Shown here one piece after another: positions 1-13,640 of a DNA stretch of 64,000 nucleotides. The notes beneath the pieces were generated by a model. The model was not told where the DNA came from and did no database searches. It was given only the letters and a program-made list of their open reading frames with translations. The DNA is from Eledone cirrhosa. Lineage: Eukaryota. How positions within the stretch are numbered: position 1 is the first letter of the stretch; the number at the start of each line of letters is the position of its first letter. Location: NCBI GenBank assembly GCA_964016885.1, contig OZ024748.1:55924001-55988000 (forward strand), read 5' to 3'. Position numbers and translations under genes: made by a program.

Positions 1-2
1 AT

Positions 3-57
3 TCTATTATATATATTTCAATGGTACCAACAATTTGGTACGCTCTCATCAGATAAA
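3..57 (-). ncRNA. Minimal type I hammerhead ribozyme (PLE-associated)
   Basis: Minus strand reads tttat-CTGATGA-gagcgtaccaaattgttggtaccatt-GAAA-tatata-TA-ataga. Stem I tttat/ataga, stem II gtacca/tggtac, palindromic stem III tatata. Confidence 0.7.
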
Positions 58-1453
58 TACAAAGTTTGTTTTATGAATATTGACATAACCAGGTAAGAAT
101 AATTAACGGTTCAAGTTTTTCCTGGATAGTGAAAGAAAAAAGGAAAGACAAGAAAAGTCAAATATTTCAAATTATGAAGATGAGTATGCAAATGAGGTTG
201 AGGTATAGGGCTGAAAAAAACTTTATTTTTAGACGCTATGTAAATGTAAATAATTAGGATATATATATGTATGTGTAGGAAGAAGAAAAGGAAGAAAGAA
301 GTGCTTGTATTTACGATAATTTAAAAAGAATTAACAATTTGTAGGAATGTTTGAATTTGATTCCAGAATTTAAAAATTATTTAGCTATATTATATGTTAT
401 AATATTGTACATATAATCAATTAGATTATATGAAGAATTATGGTTGTAAGTACATTTTATCGTATTACATTACAACAGGTTGTAAGTATATATATAGAGA
501 GAGAGAGAGGGATTAATAATTGTGTATGTTTAAGCATTATTGGTGATTTTATAGAAATAGAAATAAATCACAATTATTAGTTGTTTACATTTCTCGTATG
601 AGTTACGAAGGATGTTGATATTGCATTTTACCTAAAAAAAACACGTAGATCAAGTTGTAAGAGAAGAACACTTTGTAGATTCAAATATTTTGTTCCAACA
701 TTGAAAATGTTTTCAGAATATTGTTAATTTAGCGAAGCTATATAGTTTATCATACATATTATAATGTTTGTGTGTACGATTGAAAAGGAAAAGATAACTC
801 GAATCTTGTTTGCTAAACGTTAAATTTGATGAATGATTTACTCAGAAAATATATAGAGAAAATTATATATTATTTTGTGTGAGATTAATTTTTTCAAGGA
901 TGAGAGTTTCAATTATATATCATTTTAGTCGAAAGATGTGTGGAAGTTTGAAGATCAAAGAAGAGGAAAAAAATATTGTACATTTCGAAGAATTATCGTA
1001 AAGAGGATAACTTTCAGAATGTCAATTAAAGATTATCAATCTACATAAAACAAAAATAGATTTAGAGGAGTATCATTAAGAAAATAATGTCAAATGGTAA
1101 AATTATTAAAATTAAGAAGGAAGATCATTAAAAAAAATTTAAATTTTTAAAGTAATATTCAGTAAATAATAGGAACATTTTAAAGGTGTATAGGATATAG
1201 TCAAGTGTAATGAATATCATGAATTAAAAATACTTCTGAAAGTGGAATTATGGCGATGTCTGCAACTAGAAAATAATTCTGTTTTAAGATTAATTGAGTT
1301 TTGACAGTTAATTATTTAAAACATCTCCTCGACACACAAGTGACAGAATGTTGAGAAAGCCATATTTCGGTATGCAGGTGCTTTCGAAATCGTCCCCCAA
1401 GATATTGAATAATTACATATATATATAAATACATGTGTACTTATCTCCCCATA

Positions 1454-1542
<89 letters not shown>

Positions 1543-1746
1543 TGAGAGAGAGAGAGAGAGAGAGAGTTATATATATATATAATTTGAGGTCAAATACTAA
1601 CCCTTCTACCATCTACAAACTGACCAATGAGAATCAAGACTATTCCTGCTGACAACATTAAATTATTCCTAACAAGCTCATATGTCCCAAGGCTCTGATA
1701 CCATCAACACTATAAACACAGAGCTAGCATATCTAAGAAGTGACTA

Positions 1747-1802
1747 ACTGCCTGATGAGGTCATAGCTATTCAATGGCTATCATCGAAATATATATAGCA
1801 GT
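1747..1802 (+). ncRNA. Minimal type I hammerhead ribozyme
   Basis: actgc-CTGATGA-ggtcatagctattcaatggctatcatc-GAAA-tatata-TA-gcagt. Perfect 5-bp stem I, stem II atagcta/tggctat, AATAAA at 1804-1809, then (TA)n. Confidence 0.85.
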
Positions 1803-1840
1803 AAATAAAGGATGAGTTCATGCAATTGACTTATGTTTCG

Positions 1841-1887
<47 letters not shown>

Positions 1888-1890
<3 letters not shown>

Positions 1891-2101
1891 AGGAGTTGTG
1901 GTAAGGAACCAGATGGACCATAACGCACCAGAGTACTCAATACTTAGGGCAGTAGAGTGGGTATAGGAGAAAGTATGACCCCGATGGCAGAGCTCAAGCC
2001 GTTTCGACGGCTATTTCTGGACTAAGGAAAAAAATCTCTCACCTTAGTCCAGAAATAGCCGTCGAAACGGGTTGAGCTCTGCCGTCGGGGTCATATGTTC
2101 T

Positions 2102-2107
<6 letters not shown>
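1888..2107. mobile_element. Family A fold-back mini-element (PLE 3'-end-like) with the 3' half of a hammerhead
   Basis: Arms ~1963-2028/2042-2107 inside (TA)n. Contains GAAA-cgg..gagctc..gccg-TC-ggggtc. Homologs at 10673, 16645, 31921, 40600, 45445 and 62268. Confidence 0.7.
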
Positions 2108-2142
<35 letters not shown>

Positions 2143-2146
<4 letters not shown>

Positions 2147-2335
2147 CAAATAATCGCAGTTTTCACCCTTAATGGAACCTTCAGCTTCAGAAGATCCCGT
2201 TAAGGGTGAAAGCAGCGATTCTTTGTTTAAACTTTAATCTGTTATTTTAATAAATATTTGCTCTGGGGTTCTCATATAATTAATACATATTTGTCCCTCT
2301 TTGGTTTTAGTCTTGACATTTATTATTATTACTAA
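2143..2335 (+). mobile_element. Family B PLE-like 3' fragment with a short inversion at the hammerhead-like motif
   Basis: cagaagatcccgttaagggtgaaagcagcgattc shared with 9757-10452, 38985-39445 and 40818-41020; flanked by (TA)n. Confidence 0.65.
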
Positions 2336-2336
2336 A

Positions 2337-2426
<90 letters not shown>

Positions 2427-2545
2427 TGTGGCCTGTGGTTATATGCTTAGAAATGTATGTGTCAGTCGGTTTTATGTCATATATGTCTATTTTATACAGA
2501 CTTATGTCTACACAGGTATAATAATTTTACTGTTATTATTATTAT

Positions 2546-2922
2546 CGCGGGATTGGCAGTATCGGTAGAGGGTCGGACGCCATGCTTTGCAGCATAGAGT
2601 TACGGCCCTTTGCAGTCTGAGTTGAAATCCCGCCGAGGTTAACTTTGCCTTTCATCCTTACCGGGTCGATAAAATAAAGTACCAGTAATTCACTGGGCTA
2701 ATTGCTGGCCTTGTGCCAAAAGTAGAAACAATTATTATTATATGTAGTTGTACTTTATTTTATCGACCCCGTAAGGATGAAAGGCAAAGTTAACCTCGGC
2801 GGGATGCCATTCTGAGTTCGAATCCCGCCGACGTTAACTTTGCCTTTCATCCTTACGATAAAATATAGTATCAGTAATACACTGGTGTATTGTTGTCCTT
2901 GTGCCAAAAAGTAGAAACTATT
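2546..2922 (+). mobile_element. tRNA-derived Deu/Nin-domain SINE (family S1): full copy, then inverted (2750-2805) and direct partial copies
   Basis: A-box-like TGGCAGTATCGG, B-box-like GAGTT(C/G)AAATCCC, core AACTTTGCCTTTCATCCTTACGGGGTCGATAAAATAAAGTACCAG; ~20 copies in the window. Confidence 0.85.
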
Positions 2923-2984
2923 ATATATGTAGTTGTAGTTTTAATATTAGTTGTAGTAGTAGCAACAGTACTATTATTATTATT

Positions 2985-3047
2985 AGTAGTAGTAGTAGTA
3001 GCAAAGCAGCAGCAGCAGGAGCAGCAGCAGCAGCAGCAACAGGAGCA

Positions 3048-3078
<31 letters not shown>

Positions 3079-3105
3079 CAGCAGCAGCAGTAGCAGCAGT
3101 AGTAG
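2985..3105. repeat. (TAG)n/(CAG)n trinucleotide repeat
   Basis: Visible directly; source of the poly-Q/A/L pseudo-ORFs. Confidence 0.9.
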
Positions 3106-5476
3106 TATTAGTTGTAGCAGTATCAACAGTAGTATGATCATCATCATGATGCTCGTTATTTTGCTCTTTTGGAAACGTGACAACACATGGATATCTCATT
3201 ATACGCTTTTAAGCATCCAACCTCTGATAATTCAAATACCTGCTTGTCCCCTACACTACACTGAAACATCTAATCTACTAACTCAACGATGAACACCCGT
3301 ACATTTTGTATGACGATCAACATGTGAAAATCTAATTTAGATCTCTTTGTATCGGATTGTTTTTATTGCCCTCCATAAAAAACTTTCGTCTTTAACCCTT
3401 ATCCCTTATGATTTTTCATAATATTTTTTGTTTCTTTGCCTCGTCTTATATTTTGCTCATTTCCCTCTTCTTTATATTTCTTTTCAATGTGTGGTTATAA
3501 TGGCAACAAAATACGAATCACGTATCAGTTATTGAGTTGCTGATGCAAAACCCATAGGGGAAATCTGACAAAAAAATATATATGTAAATATCTCGTGGAT
3601 TTCCTTTTTTTGTGGATTTCCTTTTTTTTCGTCGCAAAGTTTATTCTCCATGGAGCTTAATAGCGTACTTAAGTCAGAAATCTTACATCGTTCAACATAT
3701 ATATACAGCTACCAATTTCTAGATTATAAACTAAGCAGCATATTTTGTTGGCGAGAGTACAAGTAGATCATACCTAGTCGAGACAATTTTTTTTTTGTTT
3801 TACAGAAATATTCATGCTATCATCTTTTTATTTGAATATATATAGCTTGTTAATTTCATCTCGTTTTATGTTGTTTGAGTCATTTATGCTTTTTTACATT
3901 ATTGGTTTGAAATTTCATAGGTCTATTTGAAAAGCCCATCACAATTAAAATCATATTCTCGATATAATTGCAAAATGCAAATAGTTATTATTACATCCTA
4001 AAAAATTACAATTCTATGTTTTTATGTTAAATTTCGAAAGAAAGACACTTTACTGTAAGGTTTCACAGTATGAAAGACAGTAGATTGCCTTTCTAATTAC
4101 TGACTACATGGATATGCAAGGTCACTAATCGTTGGTGTTTTTTAATAAAATTTACGTGGGTAACATTTTGCAGTAGATTTTAATGTTGGCAACAAGTGTA
4201 GATATGTTTTTAGTCATATGTATACCCAAATATGTCAGATAAAATTATGTTACCGAAACTTTGCAACAAAATGCAAGTAAATAATCACTGAAAGAGTTGA
4301 AACTCTATATGAAGTTATGACTTCCATGAAGAGGTGACGTTGATGCTATCTGGAAAGACAAAACCTAATCTACTTACCTATATAGCATCCATTACAAATT
4401 GAAAAAAAAATTGGATACAAATTATATCTGTCTCTATGACATAGGAAATCTCTTAGGTAACTTACATCTAAAAACAATTTCTTTACTAACATGAAGCAAC
4501 ACTATAAAATATATATTTCATGTAACCACTGACTAAATCTGTCATATTACAAAAAATATTTAAAAAAAACAGTTAAATAATATATAGGCATATAATATGT
4601 AAAATCTTTGTTCTTCGAGTCGAGTTTTAATAGCATTCACATCAGAACAAATCTAAATCTATATTATTTTTTTATGTTGCTTAAATTTTCTTTCTGTTTG
4701 TATGTTTGTGTGGGTTGGTTAGTTTCTGTCTTTCTAATTTTCCTTCTAGATATTTTTTTTTTCTTGTGTTATTCTTATTTTGTTTTAGTTTTATTTCAAT
4801 CTATATAACAAAACCTCTTAGCTAACTACATATATGTTTTCGTTTCCGTTTTAACACATTTTGTGGTTTCCAATTCAGAAGATCATCTCATTTTCATTTC
4901 GTAAGTAACATTTTCGTTTCCTGTCTACTTCATAGGAAATTGATCTTTTTATCATTAGCGATTGCTAGCTCATATTTAGTAGTTAAAGCAACCATCATAA
5001 AATACATATATGAACCCATGTATCTACTTATATCACATTATTAAACATGTGTGTAAGAAATGTAAAATAAACTATTTCGCATTTTAAAATTATTTTACAT
5101 TTAAGTTATCAACTGATGTTTTTCTTATAGTTGTTGCTACTTGCTCCATTTAGATACTTATCAGAGATGAGAAACAAAAAACAACAGAAAAAAACAATAA
5201 AAAAAAGAATATCAATATATTCAGAGAACTTTTATATCATTCTTAAAAATATCTATTTTCTTTTTTAATGTTTTTATATAATAAAAGTATTTATAAAAAT
5301 TAGGGTCTGTAGACATAAATTGAGAATAGACGCCTTCGTCCAAATAATCACAGAAAAGTTTATTAAAACAATTAATTTGGTGGCAATGGGTCATTCAGTT
5401 AGATTTACTTGGTATGAAAACCAGAAGTATTATTCGAAGGTAGATGTAGTTAAATTTCAGTAAATATATATGTGTG

Positions 5477-5600
5477 AAGGCGCGTGGCTGAGTGGTTAGA
5501 GAATTTGATTCGCAATCGTGAGGTTGTGGGTTCGATTCTTGTACCGAGCGATGCGCTATGTCCTTGAGCGAGACACTTTATTTTACGTTGTTCCTTCTAC
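5477..5600 (+). mobile_element. Second tRNA-derived SINE family (S2, Meta/V-core-like)
   Basis: GGCGCGTGGCTGAGTGGTTAG (A box), GGTTCGATTC (B box), TGTCCTTGAGCGAGACACTTTA core; related copies at 45215 and ~62825. Confidence 0.7.
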
Positions 5601-5810
5601 TTGGAGTTGCGACGGATATATAGTATTAGCTATTGGAAAACCCATGGGAAACATTGGTTCCTAGGTCCGATTTAACAAAAAAAATTAAAATAATAAAAAG
5701 TCGATCGAGTGCGATATGTTTCCCTTTCTGAACTTCAAATTGCCCCCGCAATAGATTTAATATCAAATTCTTGTGTTCATAAGAATTGCTGTGGGCATAA
5801 TTACCACAAA

Positions 5811-6624
5811 TCTGTATATATATAAAATTAAGTATGTGTGTGTGTGTGTCTGTGTGTCTGTGTATTACCTATAGGGTCCTACATCTTACGACCGATTTTC
5901 ATGAAACGGTACAGGCTCATAGATTACTCATCGCGGAGTGCTTTCTATATATCAGGGTATCGTTTTTTATTCCGGGGTCATTCAGCACATACAAATCGAT
6001 AAGGGTGTCACCTTTTTTTAGGTATCGAAAAAAAAATTTTTTGGCTCTAGCTCCCACATTTTGCCACCGATTTTGTTCAAATGTTAAAGCAAAATAGAAT
6101 TTAGCATTTCACATCCTGTAATGGCTTTATATTTCGTATTTATTGTTCAGGGACGGCGTAGCAGCCGCTTAAATATTCAAAAATACCACTTTTAGACTCA
6201 AATCTCCACTTTTTCGGCTCTAGCTCCCACATTAATCAACCTACTTTGTTCAAATTTTACACTACGCTAGATCTGATTATTTTACGTCTTAGAATAGCTT
6301 TACACTTTGGATTATTTGTTCAAGAACGGCGTGGCAGCCGCTTAAATATTCGAAAATACCACCTTTTCGCTCAAATTTCCGCCTTTTCGGCTCTAGCTCC
6401 CACATTTTTCAACCGATTTCGTTCAAATTCGAACCTCCCACCCCCAGCATGCCCCTTCGTCAGTCACCCACTTTTCTCAGTGATAGAGGTCTTCACCACC
6501 CTCCCCCACATGGCCTGTGTGTGGCCATAGATGAGTCATCGAGAAGCAGTCGCTAAGATCAACACCTTTCCATCAAAGCAAATATTATTTTACCTATCCA
6601 GGCAACGCTGGGTACTGCTGCTAG
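5811..6624 (+). mobile_element. Non-autonomous Helitron-like element
   Basis: A|TC start (tctgtatatatataaa), GT/GTCT microsatellite, accgattttcatgaaa motif, three ~172-bp-spaced subrepeats (ggctctagctcccacatt), subterminal hairpin ccaggcaacgctgg, CTAG|T end. Confidence 0.75.
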
Positions 6625-6998
6625 TTATGAATATATCTCCTACGGTATTCAGAAAACAAAGACGCACAAGCACGCACATACACACATACACGCACACATG
6701 CACACACACACAAAGACATACACATAAATATGCAAACAGAAACAAATATACACATGCACACGCACACACACGTATTTATGTATGTGTGAGCCTGTATTAT
6801 GTATACGTGTATGTGTATTTGGGATAGTCTCATTAGAAAATTAACAGATTACGGATTAGTAAGTTTGATATTCCGTTTGAGGCCGATTCTCTAATATATC
6901 AGATGTATTGTAGTAGAAAAATACAAATGGCAATTCTAATTTCAAACGCACCATGACAAAACAGCTGATTTTACCGTTGTATCGACATGTTTTCTATT

Positions 6999-7064
<66 letters not shown>

Positions 7065-7106
7065 GACACATATATTGGTTCATTTTGGAATACACTTCAT
7101 AATATG

Positions 7107-7139
<33 letters not shown>

Positions 7140-7754
7140 ATTATGAATGCATTCCAAAACGAACCAATGTATGTGCCCTACAGGAACCCTGCATAATTAA
7201 CTTTGGATATTTTTTCACCTGAGTGTAAAATGTTAGCAATTGCTACATATATATAAAAAAAAATATGCACGTACGTTATTCAGAATGTTTTCTTAAGAAA
7301 TATCAAATATAACATTGCTGTTAAATTGCATACGAATTGACAGTTAACATTCTTAACAGGCGTGGGCAAATGCATAATGGTACTTAAGTTGTAATACTAT
7401 CTAACTTCCTAAAGCTTAAAGCTAAGAATAATGAATATGCAGACTTATGAATGTAATTTATAAAACAGTTATGCAGAATGTTGAAGCTATGATTCACTGA
7501 ATACAAGGGTTAACGTTCTTTAATATTGCGCCCCGCAGATATACTACCGAGCAATTCAAGTAAGACAAGCTTGTAGTTAACACACTTACGTATGCCAACC
7601 GCCATTTCTTGAATTAATAAACAGGTTTCGATGTATTACTGTAGAATATCACAAACTAGTTCGACGTATACACAAACGTACAGAAAAATAATGCACACAC
7701 ACCATTTAGTTTTTTCGTATTTTCGATTGCAAATAGAATGACACAAACACACAC

Positions 7755-7804
<50 letters not shown>

Positions 7805-7855
7805 TTCAAAATATATATATTAATTCAAATGTAGACATTCATGTATCAAATATAT

Positions 7856-7915
7856 TTTATTATATATACTTCGGAGGTACTGTGTTGTTTCCTCAGTACA
7901 TCCTCATCAGATAAA
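7856..7915 (-). ncRNA. Hammerhead copy with GAAA>GAAG change
   Basis: Inverted copy of 8040-8099: tttat-CTGATGA-gga...tcc-GAAG-tatatata-ataaa. Confidence 0.55.
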
Positions 7916-8039
7916 ATATATAAATTGATGAATGACATACCTCAACTGTGCTGATGGTTCAAGTCCAGTCTTGCCGTCTTGCCGAGACTGGAATTGAAGC
8001 ATCAGCACAGTTGAGCTATGTCATACATCAATTTAGATA

Positions 8040-8099
8040 TTTATCTGATGAGGACGTACTGAGGAAATAGCACAGTTCCTCCGAAATATATATAATAAA
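8040..8099 (+). ncRNA. Minimal type I hammerhead ribozyme
   Basis: tttat-CTGATGA-ggacgtactgaggaaatagcacagttcctcc-GAAA-tatata-TA-ataaa; stem II closed by gga/tcc. Confidence 0.8.
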
Positions 8100-8242
8100 A
8101 TATATTTGATTACATGAATGTATATATTTATTAATATTTTGAATTAATGTTAATAACTCCAGAAAACCATACTGTTGAGTGCTTCTAATCCATTGTAAAA
8201 CTATATTCATTAATTAATCAATGAACCTTGGTTAACGTTTGG

Positions 8243-8280
<38 letters not shown>

Positions 8281-8283
<3 letters not shown>

Positions 8284-8583
8284 CGTTCACTTACGATGAA
8301 AAACTCAGAGTTGTATGGGAGCCTCCCAAGAGTCAGCTCAAAAGTGGCACAGAGGAGATTGAGGTTAGCTGGACATGCTCACCGACATCCAGAGTTGACA
8401 TTGCACTCAGTGATCCTGTGGGAGCCCCTACATGGACACACTGCAAGAGGAAGACCAAGGTTAACGTATGTTGATGCCCTAAGGACAATCACTGGTCTGT
8501 TGGAGACGCAGGACATGGCAGCGAAAATGAAGGACAGAGACCGCTGGAGAGAACTCGTCCATGGATCTCGGGAATTTTACCCG

Positions 8584-8588
<5 letters not shown>
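8281..8588 (+). mobile_element. 5'-truncated RTE-type LINE, ORF C-terminus
   Basis: N.ELYGSLPRVS..RRLRLAGH..R..LWEP.HG..RGRPRLTYVD..DRDRWR is typical of RTE-group ORF C-termini; ends in (TA)n; second copy at 39452. Confidence 0.85.
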
Positions 8589-8625
<37 letters not shown>

Positions 8626-8714
8626 AAGGGCGCTGCGGAGTTGCAAATGGGTTACATATGAAAAACTTTGTCCTTCATCAGTGATCTTCCAACCATCATA
8701 GGCATTTCATCGCT

Positions 8715-8839
<125 letters not shown>

Positions 8840-9466
8840 TAGGGGTATTGTGTGTATGTAAGTTTTCTTCCCTGCTACTGATAATATGTAACCCAGTACA
8901 ACCTGTGCTATTCAAGTGAGGAAGAGGTGCTTGGACACCTTGCGGAATGAAAAAAAATCACGTCGAAGGGCGCAGGAACTCAGAAGAATCAACGGCCAAT
9001 AAAGATCTTTTTAGGGGAGCAATGACGTGAGAGGACTCAGTAAGTCATCTTGCTATGCGAAGGTCACTCTGATGTAAACCTGTGTCTTCGTTTCTATATG
9101 GACCTCTTCTATTTTTGGGGTAAATGTATTCGATGTTCGGAGAGTAGCATTAGCTTCGTGCAAAACACCTCCTCACTTAAAACACCCTCAAGTATTGGTA
9201 TGTGACATCTATTATGTTGCCTTTCATGGCTTTCCTTGGACGCTGGAACAGCCAGGCCGCCAGGGCCAGGTCGTCATCCTACTACTACAAGTCCCTAGTA
9301 GGACTAAAAAGCCACGTACGTGCTTCTCATGCTTAAGTATCAAGATAGCATTATTCGGAGAATAAATCGAGCTAAATCGATTATGAACAAGGTAGATATG
9401 CATCGACGCTCAAACACAAAGAACTATCACTTATTCGTGATTATATATATCCCAGCAAACAAAATA

Positions 9467-9538
<72 letters not shown>

Positions 9539-9550
9539 CTATATTAGGCA

Positions 9551-9706
9551 GAAGGCCACCAATTACCCAGTACATTACTGGTACTTTATTTTATCGACCC
9601 CGGCATGAAAGGCAAAGTTAACCTTGGCTGGATTTGAACTCAGTCCGTAAATGGACGCAACTCTGTGTTGCAAACACATTGTCCAACCCTCTGCCAATCC
9701 GCCGGT
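9551..9706 (-). mobile_element. SINE S1
   Basis: Reverse complement of the S1 core and head. Confidence 0.8.
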
Positions 9707-9707
9707 A

Positions 9708-9756
<49 letters not shown>

Positions 9757-9759
<3 letters not shown>

Positions 9760-10452
9760 GTGATAATAAATGTGAAGACTAAAATCCGAAGAGGGCTCGA
9801 TAAGGAAAATATATATCAAATATATAAAATCCGTAGACCAAATATTTATTAAAATAGCCGATTAAAGTTTAAGCAAAAAATCGCTGCTTTCACCCTTAAC
9901 GGGATCTTCTGAAACTAACAAAGTCAATCTGTAAACGCAGAAGTGGATATTTCAAAAAACGTTGCAACCGAAGGAAGACAGGAAGACGATACTTTGGTTC
10001 GTGGAAACGTTCCCTGGCAAAGAACGGGAAAAAACGAATATAATACGTCATTAATAGGAACGGTGAAAAACAATTAGACGCAAAGACAGAACCACGTTTA
10101 TGGTATAAAAGAGGTCGTAGACTAATGTTCTCTTAGGTGGTTCATAGAGACGTTCTCTGGCACTCAACGGAAAAAAACGAAGATAACACGTCATATGTGG
10201 AGCGTGGAGAACAATTACATGCAAAGACAAAACCACGTAAATGGTATAGCTGTTTTTGAAATATCTACTTCTGCGTTTACAGATTGACTTTGTTAGTTTC
10301 AGAAGATCCCGTTAAGGGTGAAAGCAGCGATTCTTGCTTAAACTTTAATCTGTTATTTAATAAATATTTGCTCTACAGTTCTTATATATTTGATATATAT
10401 TTAACCTTATCGAGCCCTCTTTGGATTTTAGTCTTCCAATTTATTATTATTA
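9757..10452. mobile_element. Family B element: minus-strand copy (9757-10247) joined head-to-head to a partial plus copy (10251-10452)
   Basis: ~200-bp inverted arms; variant hammerheads at 9866-9916(-) and 10295-10344(+); internal subrepeats match 38985-39445. Confidence 0.75.
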
Positions 10453-10558
10453 CGCCGAGGTTGACTTTGCCTTTCATCCTTACGGGGTCGATAAAATAAA
10501 GTACCAGTAATGCACTGGGTAATTGCTGGCCTTGTGCCTAAAGGAGAAACAATTATTA
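10453..10558 (+). mobile_element. SINE S1, 5'-truncated
   Basis: cgccgaggttgactttgcctttcatccttacggggtcgataaaataaagtaccag. Confidence 0.8.
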
Positions 10559-10672
10559 CTATATATATGTATATATATATATATAGTATTTACGTATCGA
10601 GAAAGAGAGAAAAAAAGGAGGGATAGGTGATACATATAGTTATTTGCCAAATATATATATTTATATATATAT

Positions 10673-10868
10673 ATAGGAACAAGTAGGACCCCGACGGCTG
10701 AGCTCAAGCCGTTTCGACGGCTAATTCTAAGAGTCCAGAATTACCCGTCGAAACGGCTTGAATTCAGCCGTCGGGGTCCTACTTGTTCCTATTACCCACT
10801 CTACTACCCTAAGTATTGAGTACTTTGGTTCGTTATGGACCATCGGGTTCCTTATCATATTTCCTTCG

Positions 10869-10870
<2 letters not shown>
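10673..10870 (+). mobile_element. Family A fold-back mini-element
   Basis: Arms ~10673-10728/10737-10792, then tail ...gtattgagtac...ttccttcg + (TA)n. Confidence 0.7.
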
Positions 10871-10901
<31 letters not shown>

Positions 10902-10940
10902 GTGTATGTGTATATATATATATGTATATATATATATGTC

Positions 10941-10976
<36 letters not shown>

Positions 10977-10987
10977 ATGTTTATGTG

Positions 10988-11021
<34 letters not shown>

Positions 11022-11082
11022 TATCTGTGTGTGTGTATATATATATATATAGATGTATATATATGTATGTGTGTATATATAC

Positions 11083-11123
<41 letters not shown>

Positions 11124-11859
11124 CATATGTGTGTGTGTGTGTGTGTGTGTATTCAAGTATATGTTTATTGAACGAGATTACGAAAAGGACTGTTTACCAC
11201 ATCTAAGAAAAAGTACATAAATATTTTAGAAAAGGTATATTTATCAATATTCTGTGCTTGCAATGTTCCATGTAGGAGATGTTGTATACCTGTGATCATT
11301 TCTTCCCAGTTATGACAATATGTGCTTGGAGAGCGTCATATGCCGGCATGTTTTTGTATGGGAAACGGAGAATTTTACGTGCATTTTCACGTATTTCCTA
11401 CCACAGTGTGTATCGAATTAATTATACATTTATTTTACCAGCAATGTAAAAACTCAGAAATTGCCACTGTTATGTAAAATGCTTGATACATGGAAGGAAG
11501 AGTATGAGAATATTTCTGACAATCAAAAACACAGAGAACTTAAGCAAAGACGTATATCCACTTATACATTCATGCACAAACCTATACACACATGTACGTA
11601 TGAGAATATATATATGTGTGCATACATTGTGTGTGTGTTTTTGCGTGTGTGTTTGGGTGTGTGTGTATTGGGTTTGTGTTGGTGTGTGTTTGTGTGTGTG
11701 TGTTGGTGTGTATTTGTCTGTGTATTGATTGAATGTGAAATCCTATAAATCCCTATATATCAATAGTTCATCATATACATATATACACAGCTTCAGATAT
11801 AAAGCGACACACGGACGCACACTCAAGCTCTCTCTCTCTCTCCCCCACACACACACTTA

Positions 11860-11894
<35 letters not shown>

Positions 11895-12732
11895 GTTATA
11901 TGTGCGTATATGTGAATACACCCATACGTATATATTTGCACACACACATATATATATATATAACCTGACCAGTGCTACATACAGGCACACATATAATGTA
12001 TTCGTGTTTGCGTGTATATCTCGTTAGTTGACTCTGTGTAGATCTATTGATTTAAACCTTTTCGACCTTCACTCTCCTGCGTCCCACGTACCACACCATT
12101 CAATCTTCCAATACTAATTTCTACTTAAAAGCTATATATTATACCATAAAAGCGCAATATACGTCAATACACTACCATAGATTTCTTTTCGTTCGACTTT
12201 GCTGTTATTTTCTCGCAACATCACCCCAGTCCCAAACCCTCAGACTACCACCCACAATCTATCTTCTCACTTCTTCTTTAAATTATTCTTATTTTTTCCT
12301 TCTTTTCCCCTTTTACTTTTCTCTCTAATTTCTTTGTAAGTACATCATTCAGAACGAAGTCATATGTCATACAGCGTTTCTGACACATATGTATATCATA
12401 GAAGCATCTCCGTGTCTTATCTTTGGGCACTCTTCGACCATATATAATCTGGAAACGCAAGAAACAAAAACACTAAACAAAACAAACAAAAAAACAAACA
12501 AAAAATCAAAAACGAAAACATAACTTCGACACAAATAAAAATATCGATAAAGAAATATGAACAGAATATGAAGTTGAACAAAAGACAAACGAAAAATATT
12601 ACACGTGAAAGAGTAAAAGTTGTGTGAGAAGCTTGAGAAGATACGGAGAAAGTACATAGAGTCATGTGAGTGGCGTAGGTGGTAGTGGTGAAAACAAGCA
12701 AACAAAATATTGGAATAAAGCATATAATCCAA

Positions 12733-12769
<37 letters not shown>

Positions 12770-12796
12770 TTTATGTACACATTTATATATACACAC

Positions 12797-12839
<43 letters not shown>

Positions 12840-13229
12840 GAGAGAGAAAGGAGACACACATACACACACACTCACGTATATATGCATCTCTCTCTGTTAT
12901 TAAATATATATACATAAATACACAGATGTGTATCCATATATTCTATGCTTATATATAGATGTATGTGAGTATATTTTTGAATCTGTGCAAACGCACTTAT
13001 TCAAAAATATGAATGGATATACGGGGCATCACACGATCAGATCATTCTTAAAATATAGCGGAAACTGATTTGATGCTTCGCTGATTTCTTATAATTGCGA
13101 TGTCCATATATGGCAGACCATAAACCTCGGGCGTGAAGGGGTGATATCAGAAAGAATGAATGAGTATAAGAAAGAGAATAAAAACAAAATTAAAAAAGAT
13201 AAGATTGACATAAATGATCAGAATTGAGA

Positions 13230-13285
<56 letters not shown>

Positions 13286-13472
13286 CTATGTATATATATA
13301 TGTAGATGTATGTATGTATATACGAGTGGGTTAGTGTGTGAGAAATATAACGATATATACAAACTCTCACACACGCTCTTAGATGGGAAGAACTAGAGAG
13401 ATACATAGCCAACTCAATATTTGGCTTGAGCGAAAGAACTCTCTCTTTCCCTATGTTACATTCTTTCCCTCG

Positions 13473-13511
<39 letters not shown>

Positions 13512-13528
13512 TTTATATTTATATATTC

Positions 13529-13571
<43 letters not shown>

Positions 13572-13578
13572 CATATTC

Positions 13579-13640
<62 letters not shown>

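Larger units (their letters stand above)
7801..8245. mobile_element. Fold-back PLE-like element with a hammerhead on each arm
   Basis: Imperfect palindrome ~7801-8147 centred near 7980, flanked by (TA)n on both sides. Confidence 0.75.

Noticed and set aside
60-1300. Degraded PLE RT upstream of the hammerhead at 3-57
   Set aside because: Position fits, but no convincing motif could be read by eye.
2890-3199. Poly-Q/poly-A/poly-L ORFs
   Set aside because: (CAG)n/(TAG)n repeat appended to a SINE tail; no splice or coding context.
4250-4400. Minus-strand splice signals (AG|GTAAGT at ~4377, tctttccag at ~4350)
   Set aside because: The implied intron is ~28 nt and all downstream frames hit stops.
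5477-5545. tRNA gene
   Set aside because: A and B boxes are present but there is no full cloverleaf, and the sequence continues into a SINE core; the same applies to S1 heads.
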